A stretch of DNA of 64,000 bases from a virus. The position numbers and the translations under genes are program-made. Shown here piece by piece: positions 19,212 to 27,735 of the stretch. The notes under the pieces were generated by a model. It did not search any database. It was not told where the DNA came from and worked only from the letters and a program-made list of their open reading frames with translations. The stretch lies in the IMG/VR virus record IMGVR_UViG_3300029790_000003; one strand, given 5' to 3'. The stretch's first letter is position 1; the number at the start of each line of letters is the position of its first letter.

Positions 19212-19505
19212 CTACTCTTCTTTTCCAGACTGCTTAATAAGCTGATTTACATAAGTACTTAATCCAGCAACGATAATTCCTTGTGTAATTGCAGTAAACA
19301 GTGCCATCGCAACTTCCTGTGAACCGGAAACTGTAGATGTTGCAAAAACATAAAGACCGCAAATTAACATGCCGAGAATTCCTAAAATCATCGGAATAAA
19401 TTTGTCAGAAATATTTTCTGATTTTTTAATCATTACCCCGATAAAATAAAGAACTACAACGACAATAAGTAATTCTGGCTTTACATAACTTAAAATCTGA
19501 TCCAT
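19212..19505 (-). CDS. Small membrane protein with holin-like architecture (97 aa)
   Basis: Two or three TM helices and a charged C-terminus (..NQLIKQSGKEE). Confidence 0.4.
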   Translation of the reverse strand: MDQILSYVKPELLIVVVVLYFIGVMIKKSENISDKFIPMILGILGMLICGLYVFATSTVSGSQEVAMALFTAITQGIIVAGLSTYVNQLIKQSGKEE

Positions 19506-19563
19506 AATCTCACCTCGCTTTCGTTTTAGGCATAAAAAAAGAACGTCTATGCGTTCATTGGTT

Positions 19564-19965
19564 TTAAAGTAATTTTCCTGTATATATCCGGCTGTATCGA
19601 CTCACAAGCTTTTTGATTCCACTGTCACCAAAAAACATAGGTTCCGGTCCGTATGTACGGCGGAATCCCATGCTTACCATAGCTTTGTGACTTATCTTGT
19701 CCAATTCATACACTCTGGTTAGTGCTTTGCTCCCAGATGTGAAGCAATTTACTTGAAACGATGGCATTGTTGCGCATTCATCCCCTTCAAGGTCACCTCT
19801 TGTAATTGGATTCCCAAGCATATAAAGCTGTGCATATGCTTTTTTACCGGAAGCATTTGTTTCACTGCCATCCATGGAATAATTGTCTGCGCCAGTAATC
19901 TTAGAAACAGCCGCTCCCCATCTTGAAAAAACTTCTAATACAGGAGATTCTATTGTGTCTGGCAT
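19564..19965 (-). CDS. Head-tail joining/tail completion candidate (133 aa)
   Basis: Start moved to MPDTIES (RBS GAGGTGA, spacing 6); position between connector and MTP. Confidence 0.45.
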   Translation of the reverse strand: MPDTIESPVLEVFSRWGAAVSKITGADNYSMDGSETNASGKKAYAQLYMLGNPITRGDLEGDECATMPSFQVNCFTSGSKALTRVYELDKISHKAMVSMGFRRTYGPEPMFFGDSGIKKLVSRYSRIYTGKLL

Positions 19966-20062
19966 ATCTGTCACCTCACAATAAAAAAATGCACTCACCT
20001 TTATAGTGAACGCATTGCATTTTATACTACAATTTAACACTGTAATGATAACATAATTGTTT

Positions 20063-20088
20063 AGTATCATTCAGTATATTATGGTATC
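20063..20088 (-). promoter_or_regulatory. Late-operon motif copy S2 (GATACCATAATATACTGAATGATACT)
   Basis: 25/26 identical to S1; 98 nt upstream of the gene starting at 19965. Confidence 0.55.
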
Positions 20089-20092
20089 TTCT

Positions 20093-20608
20093 TTAAGAAG
20101 AGAACACCTCTTTGGCAATTTTGCGGATATTCTGAATGATTTCTACACTGGCTTTATACATTGGCATTGTAGCTTCTGTACCGTAAGAACGTACCCATTC
20201 GCCAGAATCGGCATAATAAACCCACGATTCATTCTTTCCTTTTCCCTGTCCGTAAGAACCGATTGTATAACCAAATTCTTCTCCTTTTGGATGTGGACTG
20301 GAACCGGCTGAACCATTGTAGTGAATACCTGCGCCGAATTCTATAAATAAAAGGTTTATTCCTTCACATATTAAGTGTGCTTCCGCATAATCTCCAAAAC
20401 TGTTAATTTTGATATAAGTATTATGGCTCTTATCGGAATCGCCTTGTGCTGCCAAAATATTTTGGTCAATAACTGGAATCCCTAATTCACATAATCTTTT
20501 TATGAAAATTTCATTTTTGTTCCTTAAAGAATTTTGATAATTTCTTATTTCATTAATAGCTTTTTGGATTGATTTCTGCGATAAGGTACACTTTATTGTC
20601 TTACCCAT
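20093..20608 (-). CDS. Hypothetical structural-module protein (171 aa)
   Basis: ORF-track start is TTG; likely ATG at MGKTIKC with RBS AGAGAGG. Confidence 0.45.
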   Translation of the reverse strand: MGKTIKCTLSQKSIQKAINEIRNYQNSLRNKNEIFIKRLCELGIPVIDQNILAAQGDSDKSHNTYIKINSFGDYAEAHLICEGINLLFIEFGAGIHYNGSAGSSPHPKGEEFGYTIGSYGQGKGKNESWVYYADSGEWVRSYGTEATMPMYKASVEIIQNIRKIAKEVFSS

Positions 20609-20993
20609 CCTCATTTCCTCTCTTGGAAATTCCGTATCTGGCAATATTGCCTTTTTGTGTGTCTAAAATCTTCTTTAGTGTGTAGTCTGGCAATACTGTG
20701 GGTTCTCCATCTTTGTTCAAAATAAGGTTTCCATCCTCGCTTATTTGTGGGATTCTATCTATCCAAAATATGTCCGCTTCCTGTGGATGAAAATTTCGAT
20801 TAAAGCTTGTAATATACCTGTCGTAATCTGGCACTATTCCGGCTGCAATTTCTTCCGGCGTTCCAGCAGTGGATGATACGGAAAAAGAGTATAAAACTGG
20901 TTTCTCATAAACTTTAATACGGTCTAATCCTTGTGTTTTCTCAGATATTCGTGACCAATATACCTTTTGCTTTTGACGGACTAATCCTCTCAT
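20601..20993 (-). CDS. Head-tail adaptor/joining candidate (130 aa)
   Basis: Size and position only. Confidence 0.4.
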   Translation of the reverse strand: MRGLVRQKQKVYWSRISEKTQGLDRIKVYEKPVLYSFSVSSTAGTPEEIAAGIVPDYDRYITSFNRNFHPQEADIFWIDRIPQISEDGNLILNKDGEPTVLPDYTLKKILDTQKGNIARYGISKRGNEDG

Positions 20994-21376
20994 GCAATCA
21001 TCCTTTCTGCTCTAACAGGGGCTACATATGTGAATTGGTTTCCCAAAATATCTCTGGCCGTACCAATCACGAAATGGCCGTAGTCTGCCAGAATATTGCA
21101 TACAAATTCCTCTGCGTCCACCCAATATCGTTTCTCAATCATACGGTGAAGCTCTGGCAGTAGACCATAGCTGAACATCACGCAATGCCCTAATTCGTGG
21201 ATAAATACACGGTTCAGAAGTTCTCCATGCAAGTTGCTTGCAATTGAAATTGTCATTGTAGAGTAATCAGATACAGCAAGTGTCCTTTGCCCTGTACGGT
21301 CAATCAAAACATTATCATTGGGAGAAACAAAGCGCACTCTCCATAAGTCCCCATTCATATAGAATTGTTTCAGCAT
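20990..21376 (-). CDS. Small HExxH-motif protein (128 aa), possible ImmA/IrrE-like metallopeptidase fold
   Basis: VFIHELGHCV HExxH motif. Confidence 0.4.
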   Translation of the reverse strand: MLKQFYMNGDLWRVRFVSPNDNVLIDRTGQRTLAVSDYSTMTISIASNLHGELLNRVFIHELGHCVMFSYGLLPELHRMIEKRYWVDAEEFVCNILADYGHFVIGTARDILGNQFTYVAPVRAERMIA

Positions 21377-21452
21377 GGTTTCTCACCATCCTTTCTACGA
21401 AAAAAGCCCCTGCCGCATTAATTTGCGACAAGGACTTAATTCATTTATTGCT

Positions 21453-22085
21453 CTAGTTCATCTGCTGTACAAGTCTGGTCAGGTCAGTTTTCATTGACTG
21501 TCTGAGCGTTGCATCTGCATCAGACCACATTTCCGTGAGATTACGGATAATATCAGATGTGTACTCCTTCATGGAATCATCCATTTTTCTTTTGGATTCC
21601 GTGTCTTTGGAATCATGATAATGCCTACGATTCTCATCGTATCTATCATAGGATTCGCCATATCTGGACTTCTTCCAATTCATATTCATACCATCATTTT
21701 CCATATCACTACGATCTGGATGATATCCCATGCGGTACATATTACGTTCAAACTCTGGATTGTTTAAATACTCGTCCATCCAGTCATCGTCTTCCATGTA
21801 CAGATATGGCCTATAACCTTTTCTGGTTCCCCTACCTTTTGGAGCGAAACGCCCATTTGAATAGCGGTAACGGTCATAGCCCATGCGTCCAAGATACTTT
21901 TCTTCCTGTTCGCATTCGTCCATAGCTTCCACAATGCGATAATCTTTATCAGCGCAAATCGCACATTTTACTGCTTCCATGCAGTCTTTCAGATCGTCCC
22001 AATCTTGAGCACTGAGATTATCAAAGCCATGTGTTTTGGCTTTTTCCATAGCCCATTTTCCCATTTCCATTGCAACTTTATGCAT
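21453..22085 (-). CDS. Low-complexity R/Y/D/M/E-rich protein (210 aa)
   Basis: Repeats of GYDRYRY, GYRPYLYMEDDDWMDEY, MYRMGYHPDRSD; spore-coat-like composition. Confidence 0.55.
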   Translation of the reverse strand: MHKVAMEMGKWAMEKAKTHGFDNLSAQDWDDLKDCMEAVKCAICADKDYRIVEAMDECEQEEKYLGRMGYDRYRYSNGRFAPKGRGTRKGYRPYLYMEDDDWMDEYLNNPEFERNMYRMGYHPDRSDMENDGMNMNWKKSRYGESYDRYDENRRHYHDSKDTESKRKMDDSMKEYTSDIIRNLTEMWSDADATLRQSMKTDLTRLVQQMN

Positions 22086-22510
22086 TACAGTGCCCCCTTT
22101 CTAACAGCCTGCGTAACAGGTGCTTCTGTCGTTGGGGCTGTACCATTAATTGCTTTCAAATTGTTGCTCGGACTACAAGCCGGATTTCCTAACATCTTGA
22201 ATACTCCGCCAGTTGCACTTGTAGCTACTCTGGTTGCGTACTTCGTTCTGGTTCTTATTCCACAAGCCGTAATCTGTGCACAGCAACGATTTTCTAGCGG
22301 ATACAAAGTTGTTCCTGTTCCTATCTGAATCATTACCGGAGCAGTAATTGTAGTGGCTTCTGGTATACTTTGTGCAACAACAATACAATATTTCTCTCCA
22401 TTGTTGTAACTGCCTGCTGGGAGTGTGATTACAAGATTACCTCCTGTAAACGCAACAGCTTGGCTTATTACAAGACGGTTGCAGAGCTTACAAACATTTT
22501 TACAACTCAT
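22085..22510 (-). CDS. Cys/Thr-rich small protein (141 aa)
   Basis: Start moved to MSCKNV (RBS GAGAGGTAG); CC pairs (NRCCAQITACG). Confidence 0.5.
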   Translation of the reverse strand: MSCKNVCKLCNRLVISQAVAFTGGNLVITLPAGSYNNGEKYCIVVAQSIPEATTITAPVMIQIGTGTTLYPLENRCCAQITACGIRTRTKYATRVATSATGGVFKMLGNPACSPSNNLKAINGTAPTTEAPVTQAVRKGAL

Positions 22511-22521
22511 ATTTCTACCTC

Positions 22522-22558
22522 TCAATCAAAATAAGAGGTGAGCCGCAACCCACCTCTT
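22522..22558 (-). terminator. Rho-independent terminator after the 263-aa low-complexity gene
   Basis: AAGAGGTG-agccgcaac-CACCTCTT 8-bp stem followed (minus) by ATTTTGATT. Confidence 0.5.
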
Positions 22559-22589
22559 AGAATTTAGTCAACCTCTAAGGGTGAGTTAC

Positions 22590-23381
22590 TTAGCAACAAC
22601 CGTTACCATATGTATTACATCCTGCGTATGCATATGGAGCTGGAACCTGGAATGCAGGAATCGGAGCCGGGTTGATTGCATTGATTAATCTCTGAGCCTG
22701 TGCGTACATCTCTGTTGTAAGCAATGCAGACTGGCGATCCTGGGATGCAGCACGTTTCAGATCAGAGTTCTCTGCCTGTAATGTTGCAATCTTATCGTTA
22801 GTCAGGAAGTCAAGGATTGCTCTTGTGTTGCTGTTCTGGTTTTCCAGAAGATCTCTGGTGTTGTTGTTCATTGTGTTCTGGAGAGCACAAGTGTTAGTGG
22901 CAAGGTTATAATTGATGCCCTGGATTGCTTCTCTTGTTTCGCAGCAACAATTTGCTAACTGAGACTGTAATGCATTGGTATTCTGCATACCGGCTACAGT
23001 ATCAGCATTGATTGCCTGCTGAACGCCGTTGAAGCCTTGAAGCATTCCGACATTCATACCATTAAAGCCACTCTGCATGGTATTGTTAAGAGAATATGTG
23101 CTGTCACAGATACCCTGCTGAATACCTCTGATACCATTTTGAATATCATTAAGGGCGAATTCCTCATTAATATCTGAACGGGTAGCCCATCCTTGGAAGC
23201 CGGCACCATTTGTACCATTGCCACCCCAGCCACCAAAGCCGCCGAAACCGCCCCAGCCAAAGATAAGCAATATTATAATCCACCATGCCCAGCCACCGCC
23301 AAAGCCATAGCCTTCATCTGCACGGTTATTAGAGCCGCTTAATACAGCGACATCGCTTGCTGATAATCCACCATTCATCAT
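22590..23381 (-). CDS. Gly/Asn/Gln-rich membrane-anchored protein with Cys-rich C-terminus (263 aa)
   Basis: GYGFGGGWAWWIIILLIFGWGGFGGFGGWGG TM/glycine segment; N/Q/M-rich repeats; CCC and terminal GCNTYGNGCC. Confidence 0.55.
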   Translation of the reverse strand: MMNGGLSASDVAVLSGSNNRADEGYGFGGGWAWWIIILLIFGWGGFGGFGGWGGNGTNGAGFQGWATRSDINEEFALNDIQNGIRGIQQGICDSTYSLNNTMQSGFNGMNVGMLQGFNGVQQAINADTVAGMQNTNALQSQLANCCCETREAIQGINYNLATNTCALQNTMNNNTRDLLENQNSNTRAILDFLTNDKIATLQAENSDLKRAASQDRQSALLTTEMYAQAQRLINAINPAPIPAFQVPAPYAYAGCNTYGNGCC

Positions 23382-23458
23382 AGCGATTACCTCCTTATTG
23401 ATTTTTGTAATTTATACAAAATCAAAAGACCGCGGCTCTTTTAATTATTGTAGCGAAT

Positions 23459-23698
23459 TTATTTTATTCCAAACTGATTCTTAACCTGCGATAACATATC
23501 ATCAGGATTAATCCCTTTTTCTTGGCAAAGATTTCTTGCAAGTTTTTCAATTCCTGCATTATCACCTTTTTCCATCATGTTAATTGCATTGTCAATTACA
23601 GGATTATTTCCAGACTGTTGTTTCATCATATTGATTATGGCTTGTTGAGGATTCCCTCCACCACGTATCATCTGCATAAGTTGCATTGGATTCATCAT
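23459..23698 (-). CDS. M/Q/N-rich small protein (79 aa)
   Basis: ORF with a 4-nt overlap to the upstream gene. Confidence 0.45.
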   Translation of the reverse strand: MMNPMQLMQMIRGGGNPQQAIINMMKQQSGNNPVIDNAINMMEKGDNAGIEKLARNLCQEKGINPDDMLSQVKNQFGIK

Positions 23699-24183
23699 CT
23701 CTGTTTACCTCCATTCTGCTTGGGTTCCGGTGTTCCCGACATTTGTGTCGGAAACATACTCTTTATTTCGGAAATCTCAGAACAAACATCGTTTCGAAGC
23801 TGATTAAACATAGCTTCTATGTCAATCGGTTTTTCTTCTGCCTTTGGTTGCTGTTGTTCTTCCGGATTTATAAGTCGGTAAACAAAAATTCTACTTCTTC
23901 CATCTGCCTGTAATTGTTTTCTATATATTTCTGTTCCATCTGTTTTTGGATAATAAACAGGGTTTCCAGACATATCTACGTCTTTTGCCTTTACAGTATC
24001 AATGCCATCTACCATCTGCCCTTGTAACATGGGAATTTGTGGTACTTGTGGCATTGGTTGTTGAATTTGTGCCTGTCCGTATGGCATTGCCTGCTGATAA
24101 CTATTCTGCAATTGTGCTAATCTATCTTGATACGGCTGTATTTGTTGAAATGGTTGCGCAAAATACGGATTACCATACTGCAT
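23695..24183 (-). CDS. Q/P/Y-rich (prion-like N-terminus) protein (162 aa)
   Basis: MQYGNPYFAQPFQQIQPYQ... low-complexity N-terminal half. Confidence 0.5.
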   Translation of the reverse strand: MQYGNPYFAQPFQQIQPYQDRLAQLQNSYQQAMPYGQAQIQQPMPQVPQIPMLQGQMVDGIDTVKAKDVDMSGNPVYYPKTDGTEIYRKQLQADGRSRIFVYRLINPEEQQQPKAEEKPIDIEAMFNQLRNDVCSEISEIKSMFPTQMSGTPEPKQNGGKQR

Positions 24184-24273
24184 ATCTCAAACCTCCCTTG
24201 TTTTTATAACTATATTTTACAATAATAAGAGGTTGATTAACACGCCACGATAACGCCATAAATACGCCACGTT

Positions 24274-24513
24274 TTATGAATACAAAGAAAAGCCCCGACA
24301 ATACATCGGGGCGACTTTCATAATTTTCTTCTTTAATTTTCTGTTTATGCGGTCTACTGTTCTTGTACTGTACCCCATGATTTCTGAAGCTTCTGCAAGC
24401 GTTTTTTCTTCATAAACACGCAATCGGAATAACTCCTTTTCTCTGGAATCAAATCCAGCTTCACGCAAATAGAAGATTCTTTCATCTTCTGAAAAGTCTT
24501 TATAATCATCCAT
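24274..24513 (-). CDS. Sigma-70 region-4-like HTH protein (79 aa), candidate late-gene regulator
   Basis: REKELFRLRVYEEKTLAEASEIMGYSTRTVDRINRKLKKK matches the region 4.2 pattern. Confidence 0.45.
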   Translation of the reverse strand: MDDYKDFSEDERIFYLREAGFDSREKELFRLRVYEEKTLAEASEIMGYSTRTVDRINRKLKKKIMKVAPMYCRGFSLYS

Positions 24514-24545
24514 TCCACTGTCCTCCCTGTTAGTGGAATCAATAT

Positions 24546-24857
24546 TTACACCGGGAAAATGCCTTTTAGGGCAAAGCCTAAAACAATACCAATTATGCCA
24601 GTTATGACATAAGCAATTATTTTGTCCTGTAACTTTCCTGGCTTTTCCATAAGTGATTTTAAATTGTCGTTCATTTCGTCAACTGTATCTTTGATGTGTC
24701 CCAGATCGTTGTTGTATAAAGCAATTTTCTGTTCCAGCGCATTGATACGTTCAAAAAAAACTCCATCCCTTTTGGAATGCTTTTCTTTCATCTCATGGAC
24801 GGCACTTTCCAATTCTTTTAAGCGGTGTTCGTTGATACACTCGTGTTCACATCCCAT
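24546..24857 (-). CDS. XhlA-like protein (coiled coil plus C-terminal TM; 103 aa)
   Basis: N-terminal coiled coil and C-terminal helix IIAYVITGIIGIVLGFAL, as in PBSX XhlA. Confidence 0.45.
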   Translation of the reverse strand: MGCEHECINEHRLKELESAVHEMKEKHSKRDGVFFERINALEQKIALYNNDLGHIKDTVDEMNDNLKSLMEKPGKLQDKIIAYVITGIIGIVLGFALKGIFPV

Positions 24858-24964
24858 CGCTATTCCTTTCCATCACTCCCATTTTTAAGATATTGCTTCT
24901 ACCCACCTAATTTGAAGCACCCCTGCGATACGTGGGAGGATTGACGTATCACGCACACACCATC

Positions 24965-25285
24965 TTAGAATCCGATAAATGGAAAAACTCCATGATTTAC
25001 ATAGATTTCAGTTTCGGAATCCCAGCTTCTATTCACAGAGGATTCGGAATGTGATCCTTGAAACTCAGCTCCCTGCTTTACTAGAAAGAAAAGAGCCAAA
25101 TCAAATATGCAATCATAGCATTTCTCCATATCGGAATTTATTTTCTCATCACTGTAAGATGTAGGATAATTCCTTTTCTTCTTAAATGAACGAATAGCCC
25201 TCTCTGCTGAAAGAGGAATCATCCTCGCTGTTTCTGCATCATCTTCAAGATAATTTGTCAAATCTTCTATAAGCTGTTCGTCCAT
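24965..25285 (-). CDS. Head-tail connector, gp6-like (106 aa)
   Basis: Directly downstream of MCP; MDEQLIEDLTNYLEDDAETARMIPLSAERAI pattern typical of Phage_connect_1. Confidence 0.5.
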   Translation of the reverse strand: MDEQLIEDLTNYLEDDAETARMIPLSAERAIRSFKKKRNYPTSYSDEKINSDMEKCYDCIFDLALFFLVKQGAEFQGSHSESSVNRSWDSETEIYVNHGVFPFIGF

Positions 25286-25493
25286 TTAATCACCTACCTT
25301 TGCTGAGATAAAATCTCTGATATTATTCCAGCCTTATTAGTTGCTGTCAGGGCATAGCCGTTATCACTAGCAAGTTGTCTCAACTGTGATACAGTCATAT
25401 TAGACAACTCGCTTTCTGTATACTTATGTGTTGATTCATCATAAACACTCGCTACAGATGGTGACTGGCTGTTTTCATCGAGACTATGCCCGG

Positions 25494-26528
25494 TTATTCC
25501 CCCACCTTGGTACCGATCACGATACCACCGTTAGCTTTTGGTGCGACCGGAATGAACATTCCAGAAGCTTTTGTCCAAGTAGTAACCGGATCCTGTGTAG
25601 CCCACATGGACAGAGTAATAAACATTCTGTTTTGCTGTGTGATAAAAGCTCTTGCTTCCTCTTCCTCTGGTGTTGGCCCCCAAAGTCCAGTACCGAAAGA
25701 ACCATCCGGGTTAGCTTCATACAGGGTAAATACGTTTTCTTTAAAGAAACGTCCAGTTTTCCATGCTCCATCTTTTCTGTAACGATATTTTTCATCGCAG
25801 CGATCTACGGTAATCTCATATTCCTGCATAAGAAGGTTTGCAAGTTCCTGTTTGGTCAGAAGACGTTTGTTAGCCGCACCAAGAACAGCGGTTTGCATAG
25901 CGGTGTTGTTTCTCATATAATTAATCATTTTTAAGGAAGTGAGGGCTTTATTAACAACAAATCCCTTTTCTTGTGCAACATCAATCATCTTTTGAATATC
26001 GCCCATAATATCAGAATCCGGCTTAGACCAGTCAGTAAGGGTGATTTTTGCTTCTGACGGAACGCCAAGATCAATTGGAAGATCTACATTGTTCTCATGG
26101 ATTTTAAGAGAACCAGTTCCCATGATCTGCCCTTTCATAACTTTTGTTCTTGCCAGAACTGCTTCAAATGAATTACTTACATCGTCAAACACAAATTCGG
26201 TAAGAGACTGATCGTCCGGGACGCCGTTTTCAATAGCCATGCGAAGAGATTCTGACTGATTCATTTTCTCTTTAATGAAAAGTTTTTCGGTCAGTACCTT
26301 CTCAAAGCTTGGTCTCTCTCCAATTCTTGCCTCTGTATCAAGCGCATGAACATAAGCAACTCTAGGAAGTTGCTGCCCGCTCATAAGTCTGTAGTATTTT
26401 GCTTTCATAAATTGGGTTTTTACATCCGGGAAGATAACGTCAAGTGCTCCCGGACGTTTAACTGCATAATTCTGTGAATAGTTAATTCTCTCTTCCAGTG
26501 TAATACTGGTCAATACGTTATAATTCAT
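25494..26528 (-). CDS. Major capsid protein (lambda gpE-like, 344 aa)
   Basis: RBS AAGGAGGT; size and position after scaffold; gpE-family-like sequence. Confidence 0.75.
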   Translation of the reverse strand: MNYNVLTSITLEERINYSQNYAVKRPGALDVIFPDVKTQFMKAKYYRLMSGQQLPRVAYVHALDTEARIGERPSFEKVLTEKLFIKEKMNQSESLRMAIENGVPDDQSLTEFVFDDVSNSFEAVLARTKVMKGQIMGTGSLKIHENNVDLPIDLGVPSEAKITLTDWSKPDSDIMGDIQKMIDVAQEKGFVVNKALTSLKMINYMRNNTAMQTAVLGAANKRLLTKQELANLLMQEYEITVDRCDEKYRYRKDGAWKTGRFFKENVFTLYEANPDGSFGTGLWGPTPEEEEARAFITQQNRMFITLSMWATQDPVTTWTKASGMFIPVAPKANGGIVIGTKVGE

Positions 26529-26542
26529 TGTGGAATACCTCC

Positions 26543-26899
26543 TTAAAATTCAACTTCTGGTTCTGTTAAAAACGCAATTCCAAAAGGCTTATCAAGCTCT
26601 TGGAGTTCTGTTTTTGCGGTAGAATCAACTGCTACTGGAAGTCTGTTTTCAAAAACTCGTCCTGCAACGATTACAGAAATCGGACGTTTTTCATCGTCTG
26701 TCATATCAACTTCTTCGTATACAATCCCTTTTGCGCCTGTTTCATTTTTGGGGAAAACTGAACCAGCCTTAATGATTTTTCTTCCACCAACTTCCACCGC
26801 ATTTGTCTGCTCTGCTGTAAAAGTCTTTAAAATAAGTCCTTCCGCAGATTCAAGAAAATTGGGGGTTGTACCGTATTCAATAACTTTGTTAAATGCCAT
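26543..26899 (-). CDS. Head decoration protein candidate (118 aa)
   Basis: Position between scaffold and MCP; beta-rich. Confidence 0.4.
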   Translation of the reverse strand: MAFNKVIEYGTTPNFLESAEGLILKTFTAEQTNAVEVGGRKIIKAGSVFPKNETGAKGIVYEEVDMTDDEKRPISVIVAGRVFENRLPVAVDSTAKTELQELDKPFGIAFLTEPEVEF

Positions 26900-26916
26900 A
26901 ACTTAATTCTCCTTTT

Positions 26917-27570
26917 TTAAAAATTAATTGGGGCGTTTCCTCCAAGTTCTGTTTTTTCGGAACCGCTTAATTGTTTTGAACGTTCAGCTGCATATTTTGC
27001 AGCACCACTTTTTTCTTCTTTTCCTCTACCGCCATTACCACCACCCGGATTCGGAGTATTTTCCAATGCTTCTTTCTCCCAGGCTGCTTTTGCGGTATCA
27101 AGTGCTGTTTTATTTGCTTCGGAAACTCCCTTGACAAAAGTTTCAACTTCTTTCATTACATCCTCAGATTTCTCACAAGGCATGGACGCATATGCTTTAA
27201 TAGCACTTGCGTAAGTTTCGGTTGAAAGTCCTGCATTTGCGAACATAGAAGTAATTTCACTGGTAAGGGCTTTTTTGTTGGATTCTGCAAGCGCAGCTTT
27301 CAAATCAGCTAACTCCTTATCCACTGCTTCCTTTTCTTTCTTGCGTTCAGCTTCTAGCCGTTCTGCTTCGGTCATGTTCTGCTTTTTCAACTCTTCCAAC
27401 TCTTTTTCCAGGGAATCTGCTTTTTCAGCTTTTTCCTTCAGAGAAACATTTTTGTCTTTCTCTTTCTTAGTTTCAGCAGAAATAGAATCAAGAAGCTTAG
27501 AAACCTGTTCCTCGGAAGGTTCTGCAACTCCCATACCGATAAGTGCCTGTTTTGCCTGTTCTCTTGTCAT
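26917..27570 (-). CDS. Scaffolding protein (217 aa)
   Basis: Start moved to MTREQAKQ (RBS AAAGGAGA); E/K-rich coiled coil; between portal and MCP. Confidence 0.65.
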   Translation of the reverse strand: MTREQAKQALIGMGVAEPSEEQVSKLLDSISAETKKEKDKNVSLKEKAEKADSLEKELEELKKQNMTEAERLEAERKKEKEAVDKELADLKAALAESNKKALTSEITSMFANAGLSTETYASAIKAYASMPCEKSEDVMKEVETFVKGVSEANKTALDTAKAAWEKEALENTPNPGGGNGGRGKEEKSGAAKYAAERSKQLSGSEKTELGGNAPINF

Positions 27571-27735
27571 TGAAATCTCCTTTCTTCCAGTCCAATACGC
27601 TTTTTCAACACGGTTCGCTCCGCACATGGTCTGTACCCGATTTACGCTCACGGGCTGTTGCAATTTATTTGATTTTGGGTATTAAAAAAGAAGCCTTAGA
27701 TTTCTCTAAAACTCCTTAAATAATCGAAATTTGGT

